A DNA stretch of 64,000 nucleotides from an uncultured Atribacterota bacterium (GTDB lineage Bacteria; Atribacterota; Phoenicimicrobiia; Phoenicimicrobiales; Stramentimicrobiaceae). Position numbers and translations under genes: made by a program. The DNA lies in contig CAYSRG010000005.1 of assembly GCA_964433555.1 (NCBI GenBank), positions 10,141 through 74,140 on the forward strand, in the 5' to 3' direction. Shown here piece by piece: positions 41,418 to 51,317 of this stretch. Below the pieces are notes generated by a model. The model did not search any database and was not told the DNA's origin. It was given only the letters and a program-made list of their open reading frames with translations. Numbering within the stretch: the first letter of the stretch is position 1; the number at the start of each line of letters is the position of its first letter.

Positions 41418-44192
41418 TCAGGATATCTTTTTAATCTTAACAGCACACACTTTATATTCTGGTATCTTAGAAACTGGATCAAGGGCTGCAATGGTTAATA
41501 AATTAGCAGCAGCTTCATGGAAATGGAAACTCATGAATACTACACCATTATCAGATTTTTCAGTAACCTTAGCCTTTGCCTGAATCTTTCCTCTTCGAGA
41601 GGCAACTTCAACCATTTCACCATCTTTTATACTCAATTGGCTGGCATCCTGAGGACTAATCTCAACTAATGCTTCTTTATATACTTCGCTTAGACCCTTA
41701 GATTTTCGGGTAACTGTACCGGTATGGAAGTGATATAATACTCTTCCAGTAGTAAAGATTAAAGGATATTCTTCATCAGGAAGTTCGGCAGCCTCTCTAA
41801 ATTCAACTGGGAAGAATTTTCCCTTTCCTCTAGTAAACTTATCCTCATGCAGGAACCTTGTCCCAGGATGGTTGGCATCTGGACAAGGCCATTGTAAACT
41901 TCCCTTTTCCAATCTTGGGTAGAGTATCCCTCTATAAATTGGAGTGAGTTGAGCAATTTCTTCCATAATTTCAGCAGGGCTATTGTAGCTCATATTATTA
42001 TATCCCATTTTCTGGGCTAGTTCACAGATTATCTGCCATTCCGGTTTTGATTCCCCTATGGGTTCAATAGCTTTATGGAATCTTTGTACTCTTCTCTCAG
42101 TATTAGTAATAGTGCCATCTTTCTCAGCAAAACTAGCACCGGGTAATACTACATCAGCTATTTCAGCTGTTTCAGTCATAAACATATCTGATACGACTAA
42201 AAAATCAACTTTCTTTAAAGCTTCACGGGCATGGTTTAAATCAGGATCTGACATAGCTGGATTTTCTGCCATGACCAATATCCCTCTAACTTTGCCTTCA
42301 TAAGCAGCGTTGAGTATTTCAACAACTGTCAATCCAACCTTGTTAGATAAATCTGCCTGCCAGGCTTTAGAAAACTTCTCTTGAACTGCGGGATCCACTA
42401 CGGCCTGATAACCGGAATACACATTGGGCAAAGCTCCCATATCACAAGCACCCTGAACATTGCTTTGTCCCCTTAAGGGATTTACTCCTGAACTCTCCTT
42501 CCCTATATTACCAGTTAACATCGCTATATTGGCAGTTGAAAGAACATTATCAGTGCCGCTAGTATGTTGGGTAATCCCCATGGAATAAATTAAAGAAGTA
42601 TTAGGACCTTTAGCATAAATTCTTGCTGCTTTTCTAATATCTTCAGCAGGTACTCCGGTAATCTTCGCTACTATTTCTGGATTATACTTAAGAACCACTT
42701 CCTTCATTTTTTCATAATCTTCGGTTCTTTCTTTAATAAATTCCTTATCTTCCAATCCCTCAGTAATTATGACATTCATCAAACCATTAAATAGAGCTAC
42801 ATCTGTTCCTGGTCTATGCCTTAACCAGAGAGTAGCATATTTAGCTAATTCTATTTCTCTAGGATCAGCTAAAATTAATTTTGCTCCATTTTTAGTTACC
42901 GCTTTTTTTATTTCCAGAGCAATGATAGGATGGTTCTCAGTAGTGTTGGAACCAGTTAAATAGATAACCGAGGCATGGGCAATTTCCTTAATAGAATTAG
43001 TCATGGCACCACTGCCAAAGGATTGAGCCAAGCCAGCAACGGTGGCTGAATGGCAAAGTCGGGCACAATGGTCAACATTATTGGTTCCCAGGACTGCCCT
43101 GGCAAATTTCATTAGTAGATAGTTTTCTTCATTAGTACATTTGGCTGAAGAAAGAACCGCTAAGCTATCTTGTCCGCTTTCTTTTTTAATCTCTTGAAAT
43201 TTATCACTGATTAACTGCAGTGCTTCATCCCAGGAAGCTGGTTCTAATTTACCATTTTTCCTGATTAAGGGAGTTTTTAAGCGATCTTCTCTATGAATAT
43301 AATCATTTCCAAAACGCCCTTTCACACAGAGATTAATGCCATTTACAACACTATCAGGATTGGAAGTAACCTTAACTACCTTGCCATCTTTAATATTCAG
43401 GTCAAATCCGCATCCGCATCCGCAGTAATTACAGGTAGTATGAACTTTTTCAAATTCCCAGGCTCTTCCTTTTCCTATAGCTGCCTTATCAGTTAATGCT
43501 CCAACAGGGCATACAGCAACGCACTGTCCACAAGAAACACAATTAGAATAATCGGGATTTTCTTCTGAACCAATAGTAATTTTTGTTTCATGTCCTAATT
43601 TATTGCCCAATCCGGCAATGACTTCTGTTTTTGTACCACGATATCCAAATCCAATAGCTCTTGATTGCTGAATCTCGTTACATATCTCTACACATCTTCG
43701 ACAAAGAATGCATTTATTCAAATCTCTTAAAATAAAAGGATTGCTTTCATCGATAGGAAGATTTCTTTCACTTCTGCCAAAACCGGATTCTTTAATCCCC
43801 ATTTCATAAGCTAAGTCCTGCAAATCACATTCACCATTCTTCTCACAGGTCATGCAATCCAGGGGATGCGTAGTTAATAATAATTCTAATACAGCTCGGC
43901 GAGCGTTTATTACTCTTTCACTATGAGTATATACAACCATACCTTCCTGTACCGGATATACGCATGAGGCAACCAGACAGGGATGACCTTTAACCTCTAC
44001 CACACATATACGACAGGAGCCTGGATAATGATTGATTTCTGGCATAGCACATAATGTGGGAATTATTATGCCTGCCTTAGTTGCTGCATCCAGGATTGTT
44101 GAATCAGGATCTGCCATAATTTTTTTGTCATTTATCGTTACCTGTACCAACGGCATCGCTATTTTTTCCTTTTTTACTCCTGTATCTTTCAT
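41418..44192 (-). CDS. fdhA: formate dehydrogenase catalytic subunit (Mo/W-bisPGD), FdsA/FdhA-like with NuoG-like N-terminus
   Basis: 924 aa. N-terminal 2Fe-2S ferredoxin plus His-ligated and two 4Fe-4S motifs. CNYCGCGCG cluster. MGD domain with active-site ...ARLCHSATVAGL..., Cys rather than Sec, and no in-frame stop. Confidence 0.9.
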   Translation of the reverse strand: MKDTGVKKEKIAMPLVQVTINDKKIMADPDSTILDAATKAGIIIPTLCAMPEINHYPGSCRICVVEVKGHPCLVASCVYPVQEGMVVYTHSERVINARRAVLELLLTTHPLDCMTCEKNGECDLQDLAYEMGIKESGFGRSERNLPIDESNPFILRDLNKCILCRRCVEICNEIQQSRAIGFGYRGTKTEVIAGLGNKLGHETKITIGSEENPDYSNCVSCGQCVAVCPVGALTDKAAIGKGRAWEFEKVHTTCNYCGCGCGFDLNIKDGKVVKVTSNPDSVVNGINLCVKGRFGNDYIHREDRLKTPLIRKNGKLEPASWDEALQLISDKFQEIKKESGQDSLAVLSSAKCTNEENYLLMKFARAVLGTNNVDHCARLCHSATVAGLAQSFGSGAMTNSIKEIAHASVIYLTGSNTTENHPIIALEIKKAVTKNGAKLILADPREIELAKYATLWLRHRPGTDVALFNGLMNVIITEGLEDKEFIKERTEDYEKMKEVVLKYNPEIVAKITGVPAEDIRKAARIYAKGPNTSLIYSMGITQHTSGTDNVLSTANIAMLTGNIGKESSGVNPLRGQSNVQGACDMGALPNVYSGYQAVVDPAVQEKFSKAWQADLSNKVGLTVVEILNAAYEGKVRGILVMAENPAMSDPDLNHAREALKKVDFLVVSDMFMTETAEIADVVLPGASFAEKDGTITNTERRVQRFHKAIEPIGESKPEWQIICELAQKMGYNNMSYNSPAEIMEEIAQLTPIYRGILYPRLEKGSLQWPCPDANHPGTRFLHEDKFTRGKGKFFPVEFREAAELPDEEYPLIFTTGRVLYHFHTGTVTRKSKGLSEVYKEALVEISPQDASQLSIKDGEMVEVASRRGKIQAKAKVTEKSDNGVVFMSFHFHEAAANLLTIAALDPVSKIPEYKVCAVKIKKIS

Positions 44193-44223
44193 TTTAATTT
44201 TATTTCAATCCTTTCTTTCAATA

Positions 44224-47200
44224 TTAGTCCTCTCGATATTCACAACGTAAGCACCTGCTGCTTTCTCGACAGGTTATCTCTTTATTCCATGTTTTCTCTA
44301 CCTCGTTATGAACTCCTCTATCTTGAATCGGAAGGAGATGGACTTGAGAACGTGCATAATCTACTGGATCTGCTTCGGGATCAAAATCTACGTTAATTGG
44401 ATCTTTTATTCTCCAGGGATAAGCTCTTTTCTTACCAGTTAAATAAAAATCAATAGCTTCAGCAGCATTCTGTGCTTCTCCTATTGCCTCAACTACAGTA
44501 GCAGGACCTAATGCCACATCACCACCGGCAAAAACATCTTGTATTTTGGTTACTCCTTTTTCAGTGGGAATAGTTTGATCGCGATTAATAATAATTTCTT
44601 CATTATGGAATAAATCTGAAATAGCAGGTTTTTGTCCAATAGATAAGATTAAACAATCGACTTTCTTGATAAAAGTAGATTCTTTAATTTCAATGGGTCT
44701 ACGCCGACCAGAAGCATCATAATTGCCTAATTTCATATTCACTAACTCTACTTCCAGGGAATCTTTGTTTGATTTCACTGACTTTATATTTTGTAGTAAA
44801 GAAATATTTATACCTTCTCTTTCAGCTTCATTAACTTCAGCTTCATCAGCAGGCATTTCTTCTCTGGTTCTTCGATAAACAATGGTAACCTTTGCTCCAA
44901 GCCTTTTAGCAGTTCTAGCGGCATCAATGGCAGAATTACCACCACCAATTACTATTACCTCTTTGCCAATATCAAGCTTTTCCTTTCTATTAAACTTAGA
45001 TAAGAATTCCAAACCGCTAAAAATCCTGGAATCGTCTAGGTTGTCCATCTCAGGCATAATGCAGTCCCAGGCACCAGCAGAAATATAGAATGCCTGGTAA
45101 CCTTCTTTTCTCAGCTGATCTAAAGTTATATCCTCTCCAATCCTGGTATTTGTTCGTATCTTAACTCCATAATCTACCAGGGCTTGGATCTCTTTTTCCA
45201 CAATATTCTTTGGTAAACGATAAGATGGGATAGCATAGGTTAACATTCCACCTGCTTTGGGCTGTGCTTCAAATACTGTTGTTTCATATCCTAACATAGT
45301 TAGAAAATAAGCATTGGAAAGTCCAGAAGGACCGCCACCGATAATGGCAACTTTTTTACCATTTTTATTATTTTTTTCTGGGAAACAATCCAGATAATTA
45401 TCAACCTGATCGGCCATAAATCGTTTAACAGCACGAATATTTATGGCATCATCGATATCCTTTCTTCGACATCTGGATTCACAGAAAGCAGGGCACACTC
45501 TTCCGCATACCGCTGGAAAAGGATTTGTTCTTAAGTGTGCCTGCATTGCTTTTTTATATTGACCCTCTTTGGTATAAGCCAGATATGCCGGTACATTAAC
45601 TGAAGCAGGACAGGAATTATTACAAGGTGCATATACTAATTCTGCACATACTCCTGCTCTACATTTCTTATCTCTAATATGCTCGATATACTCATGCCTG
45701 AAGTATCTTAATGTGGATAAAATCGGATTGGGGGCAGTTTGCCCTAATCCACAAAGAGCTGTATCTTTAATTCGATAAGATAATTCTTCCAGCGTATCTA
45801 AATCTTCCATCTTGCCTTTACCTTCACAAATCCTGGTCAATATCTCCAGCATCACCCTGGTACCTTCACGACAAGGAGTGCATTTACCACAAGATTCATC
45901 CTGAATAAACTCCATGAAATAACGGGCTATATCGACCATACAGGTATCTTCATCCATTACTATCAATCCACCTGAGCCCATAATGGCACCCAGTTCTTTT
46001 AATGTTTCATAATCAACTATGGTATTTAGATGTTGTGCCGGAATGCAACCACCAGACGGACCGCCAATTTGAACAGCTTTAAATTTTTTATTTCCCGGAA
46101 TCCCTCCACCGATATTATAAACAATTTCACCTAGGGTAATACCTATAGGAACTTCGATTAAACCGGTATTGTTAATATTTCCAGCCAGAGCAAATATCTT
46201 AGTTCCTTTACTCTTTTCAGTTCCAACAGAAGCAAAATTTTCAGCTCCATATAAAATTATATAAGGTATATTAGCCAATGTTTCTACATTATTTAAAACA
46301 GTAGGGGATTCAAATAATCCTTTATTAGCAGGGAAGGGGGGTCTTGGCCTGGGTTCTCCCCTCTTGCCTTCAATAGAGCGCATTAAAGCAGTTTCCTCAC
46401 CACAAACAAATGCTCCTGCACCCATTCTAATTTCTACATCAAAATCAAAACCAGTCCCCAGGATATTCTTGCCCAGTAGCTGATGGTTCCTCATCTCTTT
46501 GATGGCAATTTTTAGCCTTTCAATAGCTAAGGGATATTCAGCCCGCACATAAATATATCCCTGGTTAGCTCCAATAGCATAACCGCCAATCATCATAGCT
46601 TCTAATACACTATAGGAGTCTCCTTCCAGCATACTACGATCCATAAATGCACCGGGATCACCTTCGTCTGCATTACATAAAATATATTTTTGTTTACCAG
46701 AAGCTCTTGCCGCAAATTCCCACTTCAATCCAGTTGGAAAACCGGCACCGCCTCTACCTCTCAACCCGGATTTTTTAATCTCATCAATTACTTGCTGGGG
46801 AGTCATCTCTGTCAAAGCCTTCCCCAAAGCCATAAAACCATCGGCACCGATATAATCATCAATGGTATTAACATCAATAATTCCACAGTTTCGGCGAGCA
46901 ATTTTTCTCTGTAATTTAAAGAAATCAATATCTTCTATCATAGCTACTAATTCTTCTGTTTTTGGCTTTTTATAAAAAAGCCGCTGCACTACTCTGCCTT
47001 TTAAGATATGTTCCTGTACAATTTCCCGGGCATCCTCTGGTTTTAATTGTTGATAAAACACTCCATCAGGATAAACAACCATAATGGGTCCCAGTTCACA
47101 TATACCCATACATCCAGTGGTAATAATTTCTACCTCTTTTTCCAGATTAGCCTCTTTTAATGCCACTTCCAACGCTTCTCTAACCCTTACTGAACCATTA

Positions 47201-47253
47201 GACATACAAGAAGTACCATGACATAGAAGAAGCTGGATTCTTATATTATTCAT
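44224..47253 (-). CDS. fusion protein: Trx-like [2Fe-2S] domain + NuoF/HydB-like flavoprotein + GltD/NfnB-like NAD(P)H oxidoreductase
   Basis: 1009 aa. N-terminal Cx4C..Cx3C. NuoF motifs (GRGGAGFPTGLKWE, FMN/NADH site). Cys-rich 4Fe-4S region. C-terminal two Rossmann GxGxxG (IIGGGPSGL, VIGGGNSAID) as in glutamate synthase small subunit. Confidence 0.8.
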   Translation of the reverse strand: MNNIRIQLLLCHGTSCMSNGSVRVREALEVALKEANLEKEVEIITTGCMGICELGPIMVVYPDGVFYQQLKPEDAREIVQEHILKGRVVQRLFYKKPKTEELVAMIEDIDFFKLQRKIARRNCGIIDVNTIDDYIGADGFMALGKALTEMTPQQVIDEIKKSGLRGRGGAGFPTGLKWEFAARASGKQKYILCNADEGDPGAFMDRSMLEGDSYSVLEAMMIGGYAIGANQGYIYVRAEYPLAIERLKIAIKEMRNHQLLGKNILGTGFDFDVEIRMGAGAFVCGEETALMRSIEGKRGEPRPRPPFPANKGLFESPTVLNNVETLANIPYIILYGAENFASVGTEKSKGTKIFALAGNINNTGLIEVPIGITLGEIVYNIGGGIPGNKKFKAVQIGGPSGGCIPAQHLNTIVDYETLKELGAIMGSGGLIVMDEDTCMVDIARYFMEFIQDESCGKCTPCREGTRVMLEILTRICEGKGKMEDLDTLEELSYRIKDTALCGLGQTAPNPILSTLRYFRHEYIEHIRDKKCRAGVCAELVYAPCNNSCPASVNVPAYLAYTKEGQYKKAMQAHLRTNPFPAVCGRVCPAFCESRCRRKDIDDAINIRAVKRFMADQVDNYLDCFPEKNNKNGKKVAIIGGGPSGLSNAYFLTMLGYETTVFEAQPKAGGMLTYAIPSYRLPKNIVEKEIQALVDYGVKIRTNTRIGEDITLDQLRKEGYQAFYISAGAWDCIMPEMDNLDDSRIFSGLEFLSKFNRKEKLDIGKEVIVIGGGNSAIDAARTAKRLGAKVTIVYRRTREEMPADEAEVNEAEREGINISLLQNIKSVKSNKDSLEVELVNMKLGNYDASGRRRPIEIKESTFIKKVDCLILSIGQKPAISDLFHNEEIIINRDQTIPTEKGVTKIQDVFAGGDVALGPATVVEAIGEAQNAAEAIDFYLTGKKRAYPWRIKDPINVDFDPEADPVDYARSQVHLLPIQDRGVHNEVEKTWNKEITCRESSRCLRCEYRED

Positions 47254-47275
47254 AATTAATCTACTCCTTATTAAA

Positions 47276-47773
47276 CTATTTGTATCTCTCTAAAATTGCG
47301 TCTAATTTACTGGGAGTTAACCGACCATGAACTTCATTGTCAACCATAATAACTGGAGCCATTCCGCATGACCCAAAACAACGTTGTTCTCCTAAAGTAA
47401 ATCTCAGATCTTCTGTTGTTTCGCCTATCTTTATACCCAATTTATTTTCTAATGCCTCCAGAATCTTTTTAGCACCTCTGACATAACAAGCTGTTCCCAT
47501 ACAGATTGTAATAGTGTGCCGACCTACAGGCTGTGTTTTGAAATAAGAATAAAATGTAACTACTCCAAATACTTCACTAACAGAAATATTCATCTCCTCA
47601 GCAACGAATTCTTGGACTTCTGAAGGTAAATAACCAAACAAGGATTGTGCTTTATACAAGACTGGGATTAAATAGCCCTTTTTCTCTTTATTATCTCTAA
47701 TAAAACTCCCTAATTCCTGGTACTTTTCTTCAACAGTGCATTCATCATTTTTAATGATAGCTGTTTCACTCAT
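47276..47773 (-). CDS. NuoE/HydC-like thioredoxin-fold [2Fe-2S] subunit
   Basis: 165 aa. Cx4C (ICMGTAC) and Cx3C (CFGSC). Confidence 0.8.
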   Translation of the reverse strand: MSETAIIKNDECTVEEKYQELGSFIRDNKEKKGYLIPVLYKAQSLFGYLPSEVQEFVAEEMNISVSEVFGVVTFYSYFKTQPVGRHTITICMGTACYVRGAKKILEALENKLGIKIGETTEDLRFTLGEQRCFGSCGMAPVIMVDNEVHGRLTPSKLDAILERYK

Positions 47774-48141
47774 TATTTTTTCCCCTTTGAAAATAAATAT
47801 TTTTCTACTACTCTATTATTTAAAACATGTTCATTAAAAATTATCCTTGCTGCCTCTACATCAACATTGCGATAAGTTACCGGTCTATCTTCTTCTACAT
47901 ATACATGAATCATAGGTTCTTGGGCGCAAAAACCAAAACATCCTGAAGCAGTAATAATAATATCCGTTTTTTTGCTTTTTTCAATCAATTCCAAGAATTC
48001 ATTCATTGTTTCTCTAGCCCCAGCAGCTATTCCACAACTACCCATTCCTACTACTATCTTGACACGATGCTTTCCCGATCTAAGCTTTAAATCTTTCTTT
48101 ACCTTCTCCCGCATTATCTTTAGTTCTTCAAAATTTTTCAT
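47773..48141 (-). CDS. small thioredoxin-like ferredoxin-fold protein (HydD-like; only 3 Cys)
   Basis: 122 aa. GSCG ... GCFGFC. Resembles the N-terminal domain of HydB. Confidence 0.5.
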   Translation of the reverse strand: MKNFEELKIMREKVKKDLKLRSGKHRVKIVVGMGSCGIAAGARETMNEFLELIEKSKKTDIIITASGCFGFCAQEPMIHVYVEEDRPVTYRNVDVEAARIIFNEHVLNNRVVEKYLFSKGKK

Positions 48142-48199
48142 AGCTCCTCCTCTCCAAACATTAATTTATATTGAATAATATTAATACCTTAAAAATAAG

Positions 48200-48736
48200 T
48201 TACCTAATATCTATTTTTTTAAATTCTTTTTGTGATACCTCATAAATATGTTTTCTTATATTTATATAATTTTTTAATCCCTTAGCAATTTCATTTCGTA
48301 ATTCCAGGAAATCTAAAATCAGTTCCTCTCTATCCTCTTTGGTAATAAATAATTTAAGATTAATCTCCGGCCAGGCAAAAAATATATCTGTAAAAGTCCA
48401 GGCCAAATCACCAAAGGGTTTGGCATCAATATGAGACATGTCTATCTTAAATTGAAGAGCAGTCCCTCCTTTTTTATTTATCCTTCTTATCTTTAAATAT
48501 CCGCCGGTATCCTCTGCCGTTCTTTTTAATAAGGGGAGACCCAATCCAACCCTTCTGGTCTTCCTGGAAGTTATAAAAGGATCTAATACTTCCTGCCCAA
48601 TAATTCCTTTCCCATTATCGGAAATGCTACAAAAAAAAATACTTTTAGTATAAGTTATTTTCACAATAACTTCATTAGCCCCGGCATTAACTGAATTTTC
48701 TATAATATCAAAGAAATGGTCCGCTATATTTTTCAT
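48200..48736 (-). CDS. GHKL/histidine-kinase-like ATPase domain protein
   Basis: 178 aa. N-box ENSVNAG, G1 DNGKGI, G2 GLGLPL. Confidence 0.65.
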   Translation of the reverse strand: MKNIADHFFDIIENSVNAGANEVIVKITYTKSIFFCSISDNGKGIIGQEVLDPFITSRKTRRVGLGLPLLKRTAEDTGGYLKIRRINKKGGTALQFKIDMSHIDAKPFGDLAWTFTDIFFAWPEINLKLFITKEDREELILDFLELRNEIAKGLKNYINIRKHIYEVSQKEFKKIDIR

Positions 48737-49487
48737 TTCCGGTCTTCCTTAGAAAATCTTGCAATGAGCTAAAATCTATTATATGATTATCATCTTTTAC
48801 TTCCAAAAAAAATGTTCCAATATCTTCCAAAAAGTGGCTATCTGAACCGCTAATTACTGGGAATCCTTCCAGTAAGTCTCCAATTTCATATTTCTTATTT
48901 ATCCATTCAAATCTTGATACTTCTACTGCATCAAAATTACTAGTAGGATCTAAAAAACCTATCTGGCTCATTAAACTGCAATAATCTCTATTAATATGAG
49001 CCGGTATTGCTATTCCACCCAGAAAATGAATGTAGTCAATTAACTCATCTAAGCTGATTTGTAAAGCATTTTGCCTTAACATATAATCTATTTCAACTAT
49101 CTCTCCTTTTTCATCATAGATTAGCTGGTCACCAAAAAAAGAAGGTTTATTTTTCATTTTTGGCAGACAATCACTTATCTTCTTCTCCATCTCTCTCATA
49201 CTATATTCATCTGGGAAATAACCCAATATATGAATCTCTTCCCGGGTAGTCAGCTCAATCCCGAGAATAATATTAACTGAGCTTATTTTATTAATTTTTC
49301 TAATTAAAATCGAATGGGCAACCGCATTGTGATCAGTAATAGCAATTAAGTTTAGTCCGCTTTTTTCTGCCTTTTTCAATATGTTTTGTGGTGACATAAT
49401 ATTTTCCGCGCACGCTGAAAGAGAAGAGTGAATATGTAAATCAATCTTGATCAGATTTGCCTCCCAGCATCTGGTACAATAGACCAC
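48708..49487 (-). CDS. PHP-domain metal-dependent phosphoesterase
   Basis: 259 aa. IDLHIHSSLS...ITDHN His motifs of the PHP family. Confidence 0.75.
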   Translation of the reverse strand: MVYCTRCWEANLIKIDLHIHSSLSACAENIMSPQNILKKAEKSGLNLIAITDHNAVAHSILIRKINKISSVNIILGIELTTREEIHILGYFPDEYSMREMEKKISDCLPKMKNKPSFFGDQLIYDEKGEIVEIDYMLRQNALQISLDELIDYIHFLGGIAIPAHINRDYCSLMSQIGFLDPTSNFDAVEVSRFEWINKKYEIGDLLEGFPVISGSDSHFLEDIGTFFLEVKDDNHIIDFSSLQDFLRKTGNEKYSGPFL

Positions 49488-49785
49488 ATATTTGAAAAGA
49501 ATTTTTTTCAGTTCTCAATAGATTAATCTGTTCTTCCCTGGCTTTTTCTATCAATTCCTGGTTTATTTCTACATTATTGGTAAAGATAATTGCCCTTATA
49601 TCCTTGATCAGCGCTACAGCTATACTATTTTTATGTGCTTGGATAGTAATCCATACACTATCATTGCTGGCATGGGCAATAACATCTGACATTAAATCTC
49701 CACAATAACCTGTTTTGATTTCCTCATCTGAACAGAATACAATCTTCTCTAAGGAACATCTATTAATAATCTGGCTTAATTTCAT
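49441..49785 (-). CDS. DRTGG-domain protein
   Basis: 114 aa, DRTGG-like fold (GDLMSDV...). Paired with the CBS gene. Confidence 0.55.
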   Translation of the reverse strand: MKLSQIINRCSLEKIVFCSDEEIKTGYCGDLMSDVIAHASNDSVWITIQAHKNSIAVALIKDIRAIIFTNNVEINQELIEKAREEQINLLRTEKNSFQICGLLYQMLGGKSDQD

Positions 49786-49787
49786 CT

Positions 49788-50720
49788 CTATCCTCCTATA
49801 TGGATAACTGCTTTTAAAATAGTACCGGTTTCCATAGAAGATTCTAATTCTAGATGATCAGCGCATTTTTTTATATTGGGTAAACCCATGCCTGCACCAA
49901 ATCCTAAAGCCCTGATCTGTTCAGAAGCAGTTGTAAAACCCGGTTTCATTGCTTCTTCTATATCCGGAATACCTGGACCATAATCAACGGCAGTAATAAT
50001 AATACTATTCTGTTCCAATTCTACTGAAATATATCCCCCTAAGGAATGGATACTGATATTCATCTCTGCCTCATAGCAAATAATGGCAACTCTTCGCATA
50101 ATCTGTTTATCTATGGTCATTTTTTGTAAATAAGTTCTTATGATACTGGCTACTCTGCCAGCATTATCAAAGTCAGCTTTTTTGACTTCAAAACGAAGTG
50201 GCTTCTGTGGAGTATTCTTAATTAAGGTATCGGATAGCTGATAATTTCTGTTTTCTTTTTGTTCCACTTTCTCGGCAATGGTTTGAATAGTTAGCAGCAG
50301 TCTATTTAAAATATCTCCCATAGTTATGATACCAACTATTTTACGGGAATGGACATTCCCTGTTACCGGCAAACGACCAAATTTATATCTTTCAAACTTT
50401 TTTATAGCTGAAACCAAAGAATAATTTTGAGGAATGGTTATCACATCTTTAGTCATATAATCTTTTACCGTATCGTTCACATAATCTTCATCCAGAGCAG
50501 TAATTACATTATCAATACTGACAATACCAATAATATTTTTCTGTTCATCCAGGATGGGAACTCCTGAAATTCTATTTTGTTTCAAAGATAATTGAATCTC
50601 ACGAAAGGTAGCCTGCTCACCAAAAAATATTACCTTACTGGTCATAGCATCTTTCACTTTTAACTCATAAACCAGCTCATTGGCTAAAGTTAATTTTTCT
50701 CTGGAATGTAAAATTGTCAT
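49788..50720 (-). CDS. CBS-pair + GHKL ATPase domain protein
   Basis: 310 aa. Two CBS motifs, C-terminal HATPase-like G-boxes (GPGIPD, GFGAGMGL). Confidence 0.7.
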   Translation of the reverse strand: MTILHSREKLTLANELVYELKVKDAMTSKVIFFGEQATFREIQLSLKQNRISGVPILDEQKNIIGIVSIDNVITALDEDYVNDTVKDYMTKDVITIPQNYSLVSAIKKFERYKFGRLPVTGNVHSRKIVGIITMGDILNRLLLTIQTIAEKVEQKENRNYQLSDTLIKNTPQKPLRFEVKKADFDNAGRVASIIRTYLQKMTIDKQIMRRVAIICYEAEMNISIHSLGGYISVELEQNSIIITAVDYGPGIPDIEEAMKPGFTTASEQIRALGFGAGMGLPNIKKCADHLELESSMETGTILKAVIHIGG

Positions 50721-51064
50721 TTCTTCTCTTCACTAATAATTGCCTCAACAATTGCTCGACAGGCATCAAACATTGTTTTGGAGGTCATTAGAAGTGGGAT
50801 ACGGTGGGAACGGGCTAGACCAATTGCTTCCTGTTCAGGAGCTTTCCCCCTCACAAAAACCACACCTACCCCTCCGGCAATCTCAGCGGTTCTTACCACC
50901 TGCTGAGAGGTTAATCCAGTTAATAATAAAAAATCGTCCTTGCTTAAAGCAAGAACATCACTTAATAAATCACTGGCTGCAAATTCCTCAATATTCTGGT
51001 CTAGCAAGTTTTCTCCAGTCAAGACCTCAGCATCTAATATGTTGACAATATCTTTTATTTTCAT
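50717..51064 (-). CDS. DRTGG-domain protein
   Basis: 115 aa, second DRTGG paralog. First gene of the FDH operon. Confidence 0.55.
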   Translation of the reverse strand: MKIKDIVNILDAEVLTGENLLDQNIEEFAASDLLSDVLALSKDDFLLLTGLTSQQVVRTAEIAGGVGVVFVRGKAPEQEAIGLARSHRIPLLMTSKTMFDACRAIVEAIISEEKK

Positions 51065-51163
51065 AATATACTCTCATGAATATAAAGTTTAAATAAATAG
51101 AAAAGGTAATAACTAAAATAAATAAAAATTAATTCTTATATTACTTTCTACCAAAAGATAAAT

Positions 51164-51181
51164 TTGTGAAAAATATCACAA
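51164..51181. promoter_or_regulatory. Rex operator (Rex box)
   Basis: TTGTGAA-AAAT-ATCACAA, one mismatch to the Firmicutes Rex consensus TTGTGAAnnnnTTCACAA. Lies between rex and the first gene of the FDH operon. Confidence 0.6.
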
Positions 51182-51317
51182 AGCACACCAAGTCATTTTA
51201 TCACATGCCCTTAATATATGTCAAACTCGTCCTTAAATTTTTGGCCATAAATTATTTCGCCCTCTAGTTTTATTTTAAATACATCACTCCTGTTGGCAAA
51301 TAATAATTTTACAAAAT

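Noticed and set aside
41418-44192. Possible selenocysteine (in-frame TGA) and SECIS element in fdhA
   Set aside because: ORF is uninterrupted. The active-site position reads ARLCHSATVAGL with Cys, so this is a Cys-type FDH.
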